Of a stretch of 64,000 nt of DNA, positions 18,960-28,629 are shown one piece after another. Position numbers and translations under genes: made by a program. Source of the DNA: a virus; the IMG/VR virus record IMGVR_UViG_3300029953_000012, positions 1-64,000 of that record; one strand, written 5' to 3'. The first letter of the stretch is position 1. Each line of letters starts with the position of its first letter. Below the pieces are notes generated by a model. The model did not search any database and was not told the DNA's origin. It worked only from the letters and a program-made list of their open reading frames with translations.

Positions 18960-19422
18960 AAAAACATTCAATAAAATCTTTAACTTCCAAACTCAGATGG
19001 CGGTTGGAGACGTGGGAGAACAGGCTTTTATAAAAGCTTATTCTAATCTAGGTCCAGTAAAAAGCAAAGACCGCGCTTTTGACTTTCACTTAAAAGATGG
19101 TAAAACCGTAGAATTAAAGAGTGATTCATATGCCATGGAAGATACCGAAAATTTCTTTATGGAAATAAGCGCCCACGGAGGACTTGGAGGACCATATAGA
19201 GCCTTAAATGATAATGTAGATTTTTTTATTTATTATTTTCTTAAAAATAAAACGTTTTTTTGGTTTGATACCAAGAAGTTATGCGCGAAACTAGACGAGT
19301 TAATATTAACTAAAAAATACAAAATAAAATCCATTCGTAGCACTTCTTGGGTGGTTGAAGGTTATACTATTCCTCGTTCTGACTTAGAGTGTGTCTTACA
19401 GAGAAAAGACGTTTTTTCTTGA
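18952..19422 (+). CDS. Putative PD-(D/E)XK-fold nuclease
   Basis: G..GE, FDF, VELKSD, NFFME, DFFIYYF. Confidence 0.55.
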   Translation: MSKKTFNKIFNFQTQMAVGDVGEQAFIKAYSNLGPVKSKDRAFDFHLKDGKTVELKSDSYAMEDTENFFMEISAHGGLGGPYRALNDNVDFFIYYFLKNKTFFWFDTKKLCAKLDELILTKKYKIKSIRSTSWVVEGYTIPRSDLECVLQRKDVFS

Positions 19423-19447
19423 CTTTAAAGTAAAAGTATGGTAATCT
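19419..19447 (+). promoter_or_regulatory. Sigma70-type promoter
   Basis: TTGACT-17 nt-TAATCT with an extended -10 TG. Confidence 0.5.
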
Positions 19448-19454
19448 ATATAAA

Positions 19455-20102
19455 ATGAGTGAAGAAAATTGGCTAAGATTTAGCAAAACCACCAAATATG
19501 CAGTTATTGACACAGAAACCTTTAATTTAGGTCTGACGTTTCAAACTAATAGACCTTGGCAGGTAGCAGCACTTCAGGTAGTTGGAGAAACTATTCAAAA
19601 GGAAGTTAACTGTTTTGTTAAATGGGAAGATTGTAAATTTAAAATTGGTGATGGAGCGGCTTTTGTTAATCATTTCAATCAACACGAGTTCGATAGTAAA
19701 TGTATTTCTCCAGATGACGCATTCCCACAATTCTGGCCCCTATTAAAATGGGCTGACCGTATTATCTGGCATAATGGTTTACGTTTCGATATGTATATGC
19801 TGAAGGGCTATGCTGAATTTATGGGTGAGGACTGGTCATTTATTCTTCCAAAAGTCATTGATACTAAAGCCGTAGCTCAAGGAATCAAACTTGGCCGTCC
19901 GTATCAACCAAGTCAAGATAATTGGATTGATTATCAATATCGAATGGCCTCTGACCATACGAAGGGGATTAAAACCAATCTCACCACTCTTGGAAAAGAA
20001 TTTGCCATCCCTTTTGATTACGAAACCTTGCACGATGGGGTCAATGACTGCCGCCTAAATCTTCTGGTTTGGAACAAATTAAAATATCAATTAGAACTTT
20101 AG
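19455..20102 (+). CDS. dnaQ: DEDDh 3'-5' exonuclease (DnaQ/epsilon-like)
   Basis: IDTET (ExoI), HNGLRFD (ExoII), HDGVND (ExoIII). Confidence 0.85.
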   Translation: MSEENWLRFSKTTKYAVIDTETFNLGLTFQTNRPWQVAALQVVGETIQKEVNCFVKWEDCKFKIGDGAAFVNHFNQHEFDSKCISPDDAFPQFWPLLKWADRIIWHNGLRFDMYMLKGYAEFMGEDWSFILPKVIDTKAVAQGIKLGRPYQPSQDNWIDYQYRMASDHTKGIKTNLTTLGKEFAIPFDYETLHDGVNDCRLNLLVWNKLKYQLEL

Positions 20103-20120
20103 TTCACGAAGGCGTATAAT

Positions 20121-20942
20121 ATGTATATGAAACCATATACCAAAACAGAAGAAAATATCCTAAAAGAACATTATAGTCTTACGGGCGTTAGTGGCGTCCA
20201 AAAATATATTAAACGCTCTGCTGATTCCATAAGGCACAAAGCAAAATCTTTAGGTATTACTAGAAAAGTCGGATTTAGACACTCCAACCTTAATTTAGAC
20301 GAATTTTATGTAAAAATTACACCTAATGGAGCATACTTTCTTGGACTATTGTGGGGAGATGGGAACTTAAAGATTAACAAAAGACACAATTCTATTTCTA
20401 TCACTTTGCAAGAGAAAGACTTTAATAATTTAAGATATATTTTTAATAAATTTCATATTCATAAAGTTAAAAAGAAAAAACAGAGTTGGCAACAATGTTT
20501 CAAGGCTTATATTGGTCATTTTGATTTTGCCACATTCCTTTTTGAGAACGACTATGTTGAAAAAAGCACCCTTTCTCCTTACAAGATACTATCTTTTATT
20601 AAAGATAAATACCATCATTATTTTTTAAGAGGCTGGTTTGATGCAGATGGGGCATGCAATGAACTTCCAAAAGGAAAATATCATATTTCCTTATCTGGCT
20701 CGTTCAATCAAGATTGGACGGCCTTTACAAGATTGTGCGAAAATTTAGATATAAAAACTAGAATTTATTTTGCAAATGCAAAAAACGGAAATAAGTCTTC
20801 GCACGTTTCAATAATTGGATTTAACAATATCATTCGTTTTAGAGATTTCTTATATTCGGGCAAGAAGATTGGACTTGACAGAAAAAGAAATAAATTTTAC
20901 TCTATAAGACCTCCTTTGAGAGAAGGAGCGTTGAATCCATGA
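20121..20942 (+). mobile_element. Free-standing LAGLIDADG homing endonuclease
   Basis: YFLGLLWGDG and FLRGWFDADG; N-terminal HTH-like segment; no intein splicing motifs. Confidence 0.85.
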
Positions 20943-21118
20943 GCTACATCATTATCAACCATACAATGCGTCAAATAGAACGCGCCAAGCGCGGTGAAAT
21001 TTCGTGGAACTCTCTCAAACAAACCAGTGGAGAAAGATGGTTCTGTCTAATTTTTGGAACCTTTTTCCTTACATTATTCGTTCTATCAATCGTAAAACAA
21101 ATAATTTGCGCCAATTAA
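20939..21118 (+). CDS. 59-aa membrane protein (not in the ORF track)
   Basis: MSYIIINH...WFCLIFGTFFLTLFVLSIVKQIICAN; ATGA overlap upstream, stop 4 nt before dnaE. Confidence 0.6.
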   Translation: MSYIIINHTMRQIERAKRGEISWNSLKQTSGERWFCLIFGTFFLTLFVLSIVKQIICAN

Positions 21119-21122
21119 CATC

Positions 21123-23765
21123 ATGCTAATAGAACAATTTACATCACAATTTTCTGGTATAGAAAACCCTATTCGCGGGGTAAGATTGCCTCAAATTACC
21201 TTTGAAGAACGTCATCGTAAGGAATTAAAACTCGCTGACGATTGTAGTAACTTCGAATTCCTACGGGCCTTGTGTTTAAAAGGTTTCGCTAACCTAAAAC
21301 TAGACAAGGGTTCAAATAAATACAAAGAATATTCTGCTCGCGTTAAATCAGAGTTAGATACCCTTAATGAACTGGGGTTTGTGGATTATATCCTTCTAGT
21401 TTGGGATGTAGTTAACTTCTGCCGCGAAAACAATATTCCAACAGGTCCGGGGCGTGGTTCCGCTGCTGGTAGCCTAGTACTTTACCTTATTGGGGTTACA
21501 AAGATTGATTCCGTCAAATATGGCCTCTATTTTGAGCGTTTTGTGTCCAAGACTCGCGCCAAAAAAACGGTTATTGATGGAATCACCTATCTTGATGGTT
21601 CTCTTATGCCTGACATCGACGTTGACTTTGATTATTACCAGCGGCAGAAGGTATTGGAGTACGTAGATTTAAAATATAAAGGTAGAACAGCTAAGATTTT
21701 AACGCTAAATAGTCTCTCTTCTAAGCTTTGTATCAAAGAAGTAGGCAAAGTACTCGGAATGAAATCTGAGGACGAAATGAGCATGGTTACAAGTATGATT
21801 CCCAAGACCCACGGAATTGTTGTTGGAATTAAAGAGTCCATTAATGGTCTCAAAGATGAAAAAACTGGTAAATGGAAAATTCAACCAACAGTCGAACTTC
21901 AGGACTGGTTTCAAGAAAATCCAATGATATTGGATAACGCTTATAAATTAGAAGACCTTGTTAAAAATAAGGGCGTCCATCCTTCAGGTATCCTAATTTC
22001 CTATGACCCGCTAGATGAATGCTGCCCAATTGAAATGTCTTCTGACAAGGAAGCGGTTTCGGGTTATGATATGAATTGGGTGTCTCTTTTCTCGGTTAAA
22101 TTGGACGCCTTGGGACTCAGAAGCGTGTCTGTGGTTGATGACTGTTGTAAGTCTATTGGCATTAAAGCTGAGGATATTGATATTGATGACCCAATGATTT
22201 ATCGTCAACTTCAAGATTTGAAAAATCCTCACGGACTATTTCAAATTGAAGCAGATGTCAATTATAAGGTAACTCAAAAGGTAAAACCAAGGAATCTAGA
22301 AGAATTATCAGCGGTTTTAAGTTTGGGTAGGCCCGGAGCCATTCAATTCGTTGACCAATACGCCACATTTACTAATACGGGAGTTATTAAAATGTCCAGT
22401 GGTTCCGACGCGCTTGATAAAATACTTGCTGAAACGGGAGGATGTTGTTTGTTTCAAGAAACGATGATGCGTTGTTGTAAAGAAGTGTTTGGTCTATCTC
22501 TTGAAGAGGCTGAATTAGTTCGTCGTGCCTGTGGAAAGAAGAAAAAAGAAGACATGATGAAGTTTGAAAAAATCATCAAAGAAAGCGCCAAACAAAAGAA
22601 TATTGAATCTGCGGGTGAGTTTTTCTGGCAATTAATGCTTGATTCGGCTGATTATAGTTTTAACAAATCTCACGCTGTTTCGTATGCTGTTCTATCTGCC
22701 CAGACAATTTATCTCAAATTTAAATATCCTGTCCAATTTTACTTGTCATTACTTAAGATGACAAGACATGAACCAGACCCAATTGGAGAAATATCCAAGA
22801 TTCACAAGGAAATGCTGGCTTTAGGAGTACAGTTACTACCGCCTAGTTTAACTGAATCAGAGGTGGGTTTCTCTATTCAGAATGGTAATATTCGTTTTGG
22901 ACTTTCTTCCATAAAGGGTATTAGTGAAAAGACTATGGAGAAATTGAATGATTTTGAAAGAGTCCAATCAGATAAATTAACTCTATTTATATCTGCCAAA
23001 GCAGCGGGAATTGGTATTGGGGTTCTATCTGCGCTAATTCAAGCTGGTACTTTGGATTCTATATCTAAGAATCGTGTATTTTTGGTTTATGAAGCTCAAA
23101 TCTGGAATGAGTTAACTGACCGAGAAAAAAAATATGTGCTAAATTACGCCAAGGATTATAACGGTAGTGTCGTAAAAACTGTAAAAGCACTAGTAGAAAC
23201 TATTAAGGATGATAAGAGCAAACCCATTATCAAAGCTTCCAGACTCGAAACTATTAGGCGTGATACAGACCGTTTTAAAAAGATTTACGAACAAAATAGT
23301 ATTAGTCAACCGTTTGCCAACTGGTGGTACGAAAATAAGTTACTTGGCTATACCCATCAACAAACATTAATGGAAATATTCCATGACAAAATTGACTCTT
23401 TAGAAAGCGTTTCTCAAATTAAAACATATCCCGCAAAAACAGAATGTGATTTTATTGGTATCGTAGATGAAGCCGGAAAAACTTCTAAATCTAAAGCCGG
23501 AACTCCATACGCTAAATTCCAAATTTCTGATGAAACTGGTTCATTGAGGGTTATGATTTTTGGTATATCTGATAAACAGAAGACTTCAAAAGGAAGATTT
23601 AATAGAGATAAGTTACAGGAATGTAAGGACTTAAATGGCTCCCTTCCAAAAGAAGGCGACATAGTCATTGTCAAAGGACAAAAAATGGAAGATGATTGTT
23701 TGTTCGCAGATACAATCGCATGTCAGCAAAATAAAATCTATACCAAGCTATCTGAAATAAAATAA
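21123..23765 (+). CDS. dnaE: DNA polymerase III alpha catalytic subunit lacking the PHP domain
   Basis: GPGRGSAAGSLVLYL, FERF, MPDIDVDF, HPSG, KLDALGL, YSFNKSHAVSY, C-terminal OB fold. Confidence 0.95.
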   Translation: MLIEQFTSQFSGIENPIRGVRLPQITFEERHRKELKLADDCSNFEFLRALCLKGFANLKLDKGSNKYKEYSARVKSELDTLNELGFVDYILLVWDVVNFCRENNIPTGPGRGSAAGSLVLYLIGVTKIDSVKYGLYFERFVSKTRAKKTVIDGITYLDGSLMPDIDVDFDYYQRQKVLEYVDLKYKGRTAKILTLNSLSSKLCIKEVGKVLGMKSEDEMSMVTSMIPKTHGIVVGIKESINGLKDEKTGKWKIQPTVELQDWFQENPMILDNAYKLEDLVKNKGVHPSGILISYDPLDECCPIEMSSDKEAVSGYDMNWVSLFSVKLDALGLRSVSVVDDCCKSIGIKAEDIDIDDPMIYRQLQDLKNPHGLFQIEADVNYKVTQKVKPRNLEELSAVLSLGRPGAIQFVDQYATFTNTGVIKMSSGSDALDKILAETGGCCLFQETMMRCCKEVFGLSLEEAELVRRACGKKKKEDMMKFEKIIKESAKQKNIESAGEFFWQLMLDSADYSFNKSHAVSYAVLSAQTIYLKFKYPVQFYLSLLKMTRHEPDPIGEISKIHKEMLALGVQLLPPSLTESEVGFSIQNGNIRFGLSSIKGISEKTMEKLNDFERVQSDKLTLFISAKAAGIGIGVLSALIQAGTLDSISKNRVFLVYEAQIWNELTDREKKYVLNYAKDYNGSVVKTVKALVETIKDDKSKPIIKASRLETIRRDTDRFKKIYEQNSISQPFANWWYENKLLGYTHQQTLMEIFHDKIDSLESVSQIKTYPAKTECDFIGIVDEAGKTSKSKAGTPYAKFQISDETGSLRVMIFGISDKQKTSKGRFNRDKLQECKDLNGSLPKEGDIVIVKGQKMEDDCLFADTIACQQNKIYTKLSEIK

Positions 23766-23780
23766 CAATTTAAATAATTT

Positions 23781-23849
23781 TTGGGGGCGTAAGCAAAGTA
23801 CATCCTACGAAAAAATTCGTATTGGCACTGCGTATCTTACGTTCCCCAA
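23781..23849. other. Long bulged hairpin between convergent genes (terminator or small RNA)
   Basis: TTGGGGGCGTAAG...CTTACGTTCCCCAA enclosing TACGAA-AAAA-TTCGTA. Confidence 0.6.
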
Positions 23850-23860
23850 CTTAAATTTAT

Positions 23861-26800
23861 TTACACCTTGAAATTTTGCAAATTAACAGCCATTGTCAAT
23901 GAGTTTCCCTCGCTCGTTAATATGCCAGAAAGATTTCCAGAATCCAGAATATTAGTCGTGCCTTCTCCAGAAAAAATACATACTCCAGTGTTATAAATCG
24001 AATTTGTGGATGTGGAATCTATAAAACCATATTGGGCAATCGCTTTATATGTAACATTTTCCGATAAATTAAAGCCAGTGGCGCTAATTTTTTGGCCTTG
24101 AGATGCGCTAAACGTTAAATAACTCCCCATAAAGACATTTCCATCATCAGGCGGCATTTGTTCATATATAAGTTCAGGATTTAATAGTCCTAAGTCACTC
24201 CAAGCTGGCCACAAGAAAGAATTATAACCAGAATCAAAATATGGCGAGGCGTTGGTATAAATATCTCCACCAGTAATATAAAAATAATTTTGACGAGACT
24301 TCATATATGATGGCGCTGGCAAAACCGGCTGATAACCACTTCCAGAAGGGATATTAAAAATACCAGTCGGTATTCTACTAAGAACATCTGAAACATAAAT
24401 CGGTTGAAATAGTCCAGATAAAGACCTTGCTCCAGAAATACCGGAGAGACATATCCCGTCACTTATGACGGCACTTTCAGCTTGTCCCGTATATCCAAAT
24501 ATTCCACTAACAATACATTCACCAGAAGGTACAATTATTTGTTGACTTTGATAAGGAATTTGTCCTATTCCCGAAATTAACAAATTATTAATTGTGAAAG
24601 AAATCCTTGTAACATCCCTAATACCAGTAAAATATGCATTAGGTGTTTTTTTTGACCAATAATATGCCGTTGGATTTCTGGGATAAGTAGTGTTACCGAA
24701 CGCATCTACACCAGTAGGAACAATGCTATAAAAATCAATATCTGGTTGAGGATAAAAAATAGTACTATTTATTGCTGTTTCGTATGTGAATGATTGTCCT
24801 ACAAGACTTTGAAAATCAAAATTTTGGAATGGAACACTAAACTGACTTTCAGCATTATTATTAATAAATCTTGAAAAATCCAAATACCTAGAGTCACCAA
24901 ATTGAGAAGAGTGCTCTTCTCCATTAACTGGGTCGTCAAAAGAATTAGAAGCAAAAATTTTTCTTGCCCTAATAGTAGCTAAAGATTTTGACGAAAATCC
25001 CATTAGTGTTCCAGTATTTCCTGAAATATTAATATTAGCTATAGTACCTTCTGGAATTAATCCAAAAGTAGTAATAACAGGACTTCTATTATTAATACCG
25101 GGGGCAATACCAGAGTCTAATACGAAATTTTGTGCAATTGTAGGGCAAACTCCAACAGAACCAGTTTGAGTTATTGGAATATTATTTAATAACAAAACTC
25201 CACTAGGAAATAATAAATTTCCTGTTGCTACACATAATTCTACATCTCTATCAAAAGGTCCAATATTTAGACCCCCACTAGAATATAAGACTCCGGTATT
25301 ATAAAAAAGTGGAAATGACGTAGATAAATCAAAATCAAAATAATATTCTGTCCCAATCCACCTAGAATTAAAATTAATACCCTGAGACGAAATGATACTT
25401 GTGAACGGCTGAACATTATAATTGTAGTAATAAGGGTAATAATTTAAATTTTTAGAATAAATATTTAATCCAGAAGATGTTAATCCCAAGACAAACAGGT
25501 AGTTGTCGTTTTCTGGTGCTCTTACATGATAAAATGAATCGGAATTTGCTCCTATGAAACAAGGATTACAGTCTTCTGCTATTCTAGTCCCCCATTGAAA
25601 AATATTTACATCATACCAAGCGTCTCCGATTATTCCATGAGGATGATTTCCTCCTTCTGACTCGGCACCACTACCAATTCTGCCCCCAATATATTTATAA
25701 AAAATTGGGTCTTGTCCACTAAAAAACGTATTTCCATCTAAAAGTGCCCCACTGTCTCCATTTAATGATATTGTTTGATTTCCTTCAAAACACGATACAC
25801 CAGCTCCATTTGTATAATTATTTATTCCTGAGTCAAGTACTAAAGAAGATATAAGTTCCCCAGATTCTAAATTAAAAATCGGAAACGTATAATTCATTGT
25901 GCCACTCATTGTTTTCCCAGTGTAACCCCAAAATAATGGCTTTTGGGCAGGACTTAAAATATAGATAGAACCACTTTTGTTTATTCCTGTCATTACAGTC
26001 TTTGTAGTTGTCCCTGAAATAGCTTTGACTCCGCAGTTCCATCTAGATGTTATATAATCAGTACCGAAATTTGAATTATATAAAAAAGAATTTAACGAAG
26101 GGTCTGAAGTAAAATTTATTGAAGGAACATAATTTGAATCCACCATATTAAAACCAAGATAAGCAGAATATTGGAAACCCCCATTTTGAAGGTAAAAACC
26201 AGTATTAGAGAAGGAATACGAGGAGTCAAAATTATGATTATCTGGAACAAAAGGCTCAGCCATACTACTTTTTAATTTTCCCGTTAAAGAATAGCCGGTC
26301 GCTCTTATTGCATTTGGATAAATGTATTGTCCGTATTGATTTTTTAAACAATAGACTTCGGTTACTGTTTCTTCGTTAACTTGTATATTGTAATTTACTG
26401 ATGTAGGAAAACCGTTAATAGAAGCCGAATAGTCCTGAAATACCGCTTGAGCGTTAGGATAAAGAAATGTATTTTCATAACTTAAATAAGGCCCACTAGA
26501 GTAACGAGGAATAAAATTTTCTACTTTTTGGGTATTATATATTGCTCCATAATTAGAAGGATTTCCAATCACAGAACTAGGAATAGGAGCAAAAATAGAC
26601 CAACCAGTATTGACCGCGCCCAATGTTCCATCTGGATAATAAGAATATAAAATAGGTTTGCCAAAATAATTAACACCAGTAGATGTATCTCCTGTAATAA
26701 TAAATGCATATTGTTGAACCAAAGGATATACTATCCCACCAACGCCAGTAAATCCAGAAATATAGTTTATTTTTGAATAAGAAGAACCAATGGTGTTTGA

Positions 26801-28621
26801 ATATTCTAATAATAGTTGATTCAAGGAAACTAAATTTCCACTTAAATAGTATTGATATCCAGTATATGAATAACCCGCATTTAATTCTAAACTTTGAGAA
26901 CCAGAAACCCCACTCCCTCCAAAATTATCACCAATAGCTAAACATTTTTTTGTTACATCGTCGTAAGTTGAAATTCCAGAAGAAGTTATTATATTATAAA
27001 TCGGTATGCTTGTCTGGGCTGAAAACACAGGATAATGAACGGAAGATTCTCCGGTAGATATTAGATTATAGTTGGAGATGTTATAACTACCCCCAGACAA
27101 CATTGCGGCTCTCATTACTATAGAAGGATAACTAGGAAATGATATATTATCAAACGTTTGATAAAAGGCAAACCCCGGCAACGTAGGATTATTGTTACTT
27201 AATTGAGGAGGACCAACAACTCCAGTACAAGTTAAAGTCCCATCTCCTGTATCAGTTGCGTTATTATAAGGAGATGTATTTATATTTAATGCTCTTTTTG
27301 TTACTCTTCCAGTGTCCATTTCTGGATTCATTTGTAAAAACTCATAATTTTTTGCTAAAGAATCCTTTAATTCTAATGGTGCAAATTTCCAACCCGTCCA
27401 ATTATTGAGCCAGCCAGTATATCCACAACCAGCAGAACAATGTCCCATTCCATCAGTTCCTAGACAATATTTATAAAGAACCCATTTAGGACTATTATCC
27501 CCTTGGTGCATACTCATAAAAGGTAAACCAGTTCCAGTATAATCCGCCCAAATAAATAACTCTTGATTGGTATTAGTAAAATCACCAAGTCCCCAAGAAC
27601 AATAAAAATCATTAGTTAAAATATTCGTCCTTCCATTTCCATATTCATTATTCGAACTAAAAAATCCTTGTGAATCTACCTGACCACCACTAATAAGATA
27701 TTGGAAATATCCACTAGAATTTCTTTCATTTGAATATAAAATATCGTTATTAGAGTGGTAGTCATTATAATTTAAAACAGCTTCATCAAAAGACACATAT
27801 GCTGCTTCTGTAGCAGAATCAAAATAACCCGAACTATCAGGCCCGTCATTAAATTCTCTAAAAAATTTTATACCAGAAATTGGGCCTATATAGGTATCTG
27901 GATTGATACATGGAGAGTTTGTAATAACTGACAATACTAAAGTCCCAGTATTTGTCGTAATATTCTGGTTAAACTGAATACATGGAGTCAAACCCGATGG
28001 AATAGATGGATAAATAAATTCCCCAGATACAAAATAGTATTGGTTTTCAGAATCTTTTATATTCTGGGCTAAACTATTAAAATTAGGATTGGCAAAAAGT
28101 ACTGATGAATCATACCAATTATAATTAATGGCTTTTTGAATATCTCCCGAACTTCCTGATATTTGTGCTAATGCACCGTTGACCCCAGATAAACTAAAAC
28201 TTTCTATCGCGGCTGAAACGCCAGAATTTGTTACCGAATAAAACGGACCTCCATAATAATAATTAAGAACACCACAAAAAGAATTAATATATCCAACCAC
28301 CATCGACTCTTCAATATTTGGGAAATTAGCGTAAGAATAGATTATTGCAGCAGTGCCAATTAATGCATTTCCATTCATCCCCAAAATATTCCCTACTGAA
28401 TCTTCTAATAAACTGGTATAAGCATCAGAAGAACCAAATCCAGAAGTTGTAAATCCTGTTTGGGCGTTAAATATGTTATAAACGTAAATTCCGTCGCCAG
28501 TCGTTGCACCAAAACCCGATGCCAGAGACGATAATACCGCCAAAGCATTATTCCCAGAACCACCACAACGAGCATACGCTGCCGCACTCGCTACCCCAAA
28601 CATTTGACTGACTATACTCAT
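23861..28621 (-). CDS. Large virion structural protein (putative tail fibre/baseplate), 1586 aa
   Basis: S/G/T/N/Y-rich, very low in Lys/Arg, distal end of the tail gene block. Confidence 0.65.
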   Translation of the reverse strand: MSIVSQMFGVASAAAYARCGGSGNNALAVLSSLASGFGATTGDGIYVYNIFNAQTGFTTSGFGSSDAYTSLLEDSVGNILGMNGNALIGTAAIIYSYANFPNIEESMVVGYINSFCGVLNYYYGGPFYSVTNSGVSAAIESFSLSGVNGALAQISGSSGDIQKAINYNWYDSSVLFANPNFNSLAQNIKDSENQYYFVSGEFIYPSIPSGLTPCIQFNQNITTNTGTLVLSVITNSPCINPDTYIGPISGIKFFREFNDGPDSSGYFDSATEAAYVSFDEAVLNYNDYHSNNDILYSNERNSSGYFQYLISGGQVDSQGFFSSNNEYGNGRTNILTNDFYCSWGLGDFTNTNQELFIWADYTGTGLPFMSMHQGDNSPKWVLYKYCLGTDGMGHCSAGCGYTGWLNNWTGWKFAPLELKDSLAKNYEFLQMNPEMDTGRVTKRALNINTSPYNNATDTGDGTLTCTGVVGPPQLSNNNPTLPGFAFYQTFDNISFPSYPSIVMRAAMLSGGSYNISNYNLISTGESSVHYPVFSAQTSIPIYNIITSSGISTYDDVTKKCLAIGDNFGGSGVSGSQSLELNAGYSYTGYQYYLSGNLVSLNQLLLEYSNTIGSSYSKINYISGFTGVGGIVYPLVQQYAFIITGDTSTGVNYFGKPILYSYYPDGTLGAVNTGWSIFAPIPSSVIGNPSNYGAIYNTQKVENFIPRYSSGPYLSYENTFLYPNAQAVFQDYSASINGFPTSVNYNIQVNEETVTEVYCLKNQYGQYIYPNAIRATGYSLTGKLKSSMAEPFVPDNHNFDSSYSFSNTGFYLQNGGFQYSAYLGFNMVDSNYVPSINFTSDPSLNSFLYNSNFGTDYITSRWNCGVKAISGTTTKTVMTGINKSGSIYILSPAQKPLFWGYTGKTMSGTMNYTFPIFNLESGELISSLVLDSGINNYTNGAGVSCFEGNQTISLNGDSGALLDGNTFFSGQDPIFYKYIGGRIGSGAESEGGNHPHGIIGDAWYDVNIFQWGTRIAEDCNPCFIGANSDSFYHVRAPENDNYLFVLGLTSSGLNIYSKNLNYYPYYYNYNVQPFTSIISSQGINFNSRWIGTEYYFDFDLSTSFPLFYNTGVLYSSGGLNIGPFDRDVELCVATGNLLFPSGVLLLNNIPITQTGSVGVCPTIAQNFVLDSGIAPGINNRSPVITTFGLIPEGTIANINISGNTGTLMGFSSKSLATIRARKIFASNSFDDPVNGEEHSSQFGDSRYLDFSRFINNNAESQFSVPFQNFDFQSLVGQSFTYETAINSTIFYPQPDIDFYSIVPTGVDAFGNTTYPRNPTAYYWSKKTPNAYFTGIRDVTRISFTINNLLISGIGQIPYQSQQIIVPSGECIVSGIFGYTGQAESAVISDGICLSGISGARSLSGLFQPIYVSDVLSRIPTGIFNIPSGSGYQPVLPAPSYMKSRQNYFYITGGDIYTNASPYFDSGYNSFLWPAWSDLGLLNPELIYEQMPPDDGNVFMGSYLTFSASQGQKISATGFNLSENVTYKAIAQYGFIDSTSTNSIYNTGVCIFSGEGTTNILDSGNLSGILTSEGNSLTMAVNLQNFKV

Positions 28622-28629
28622 ATGTTATA

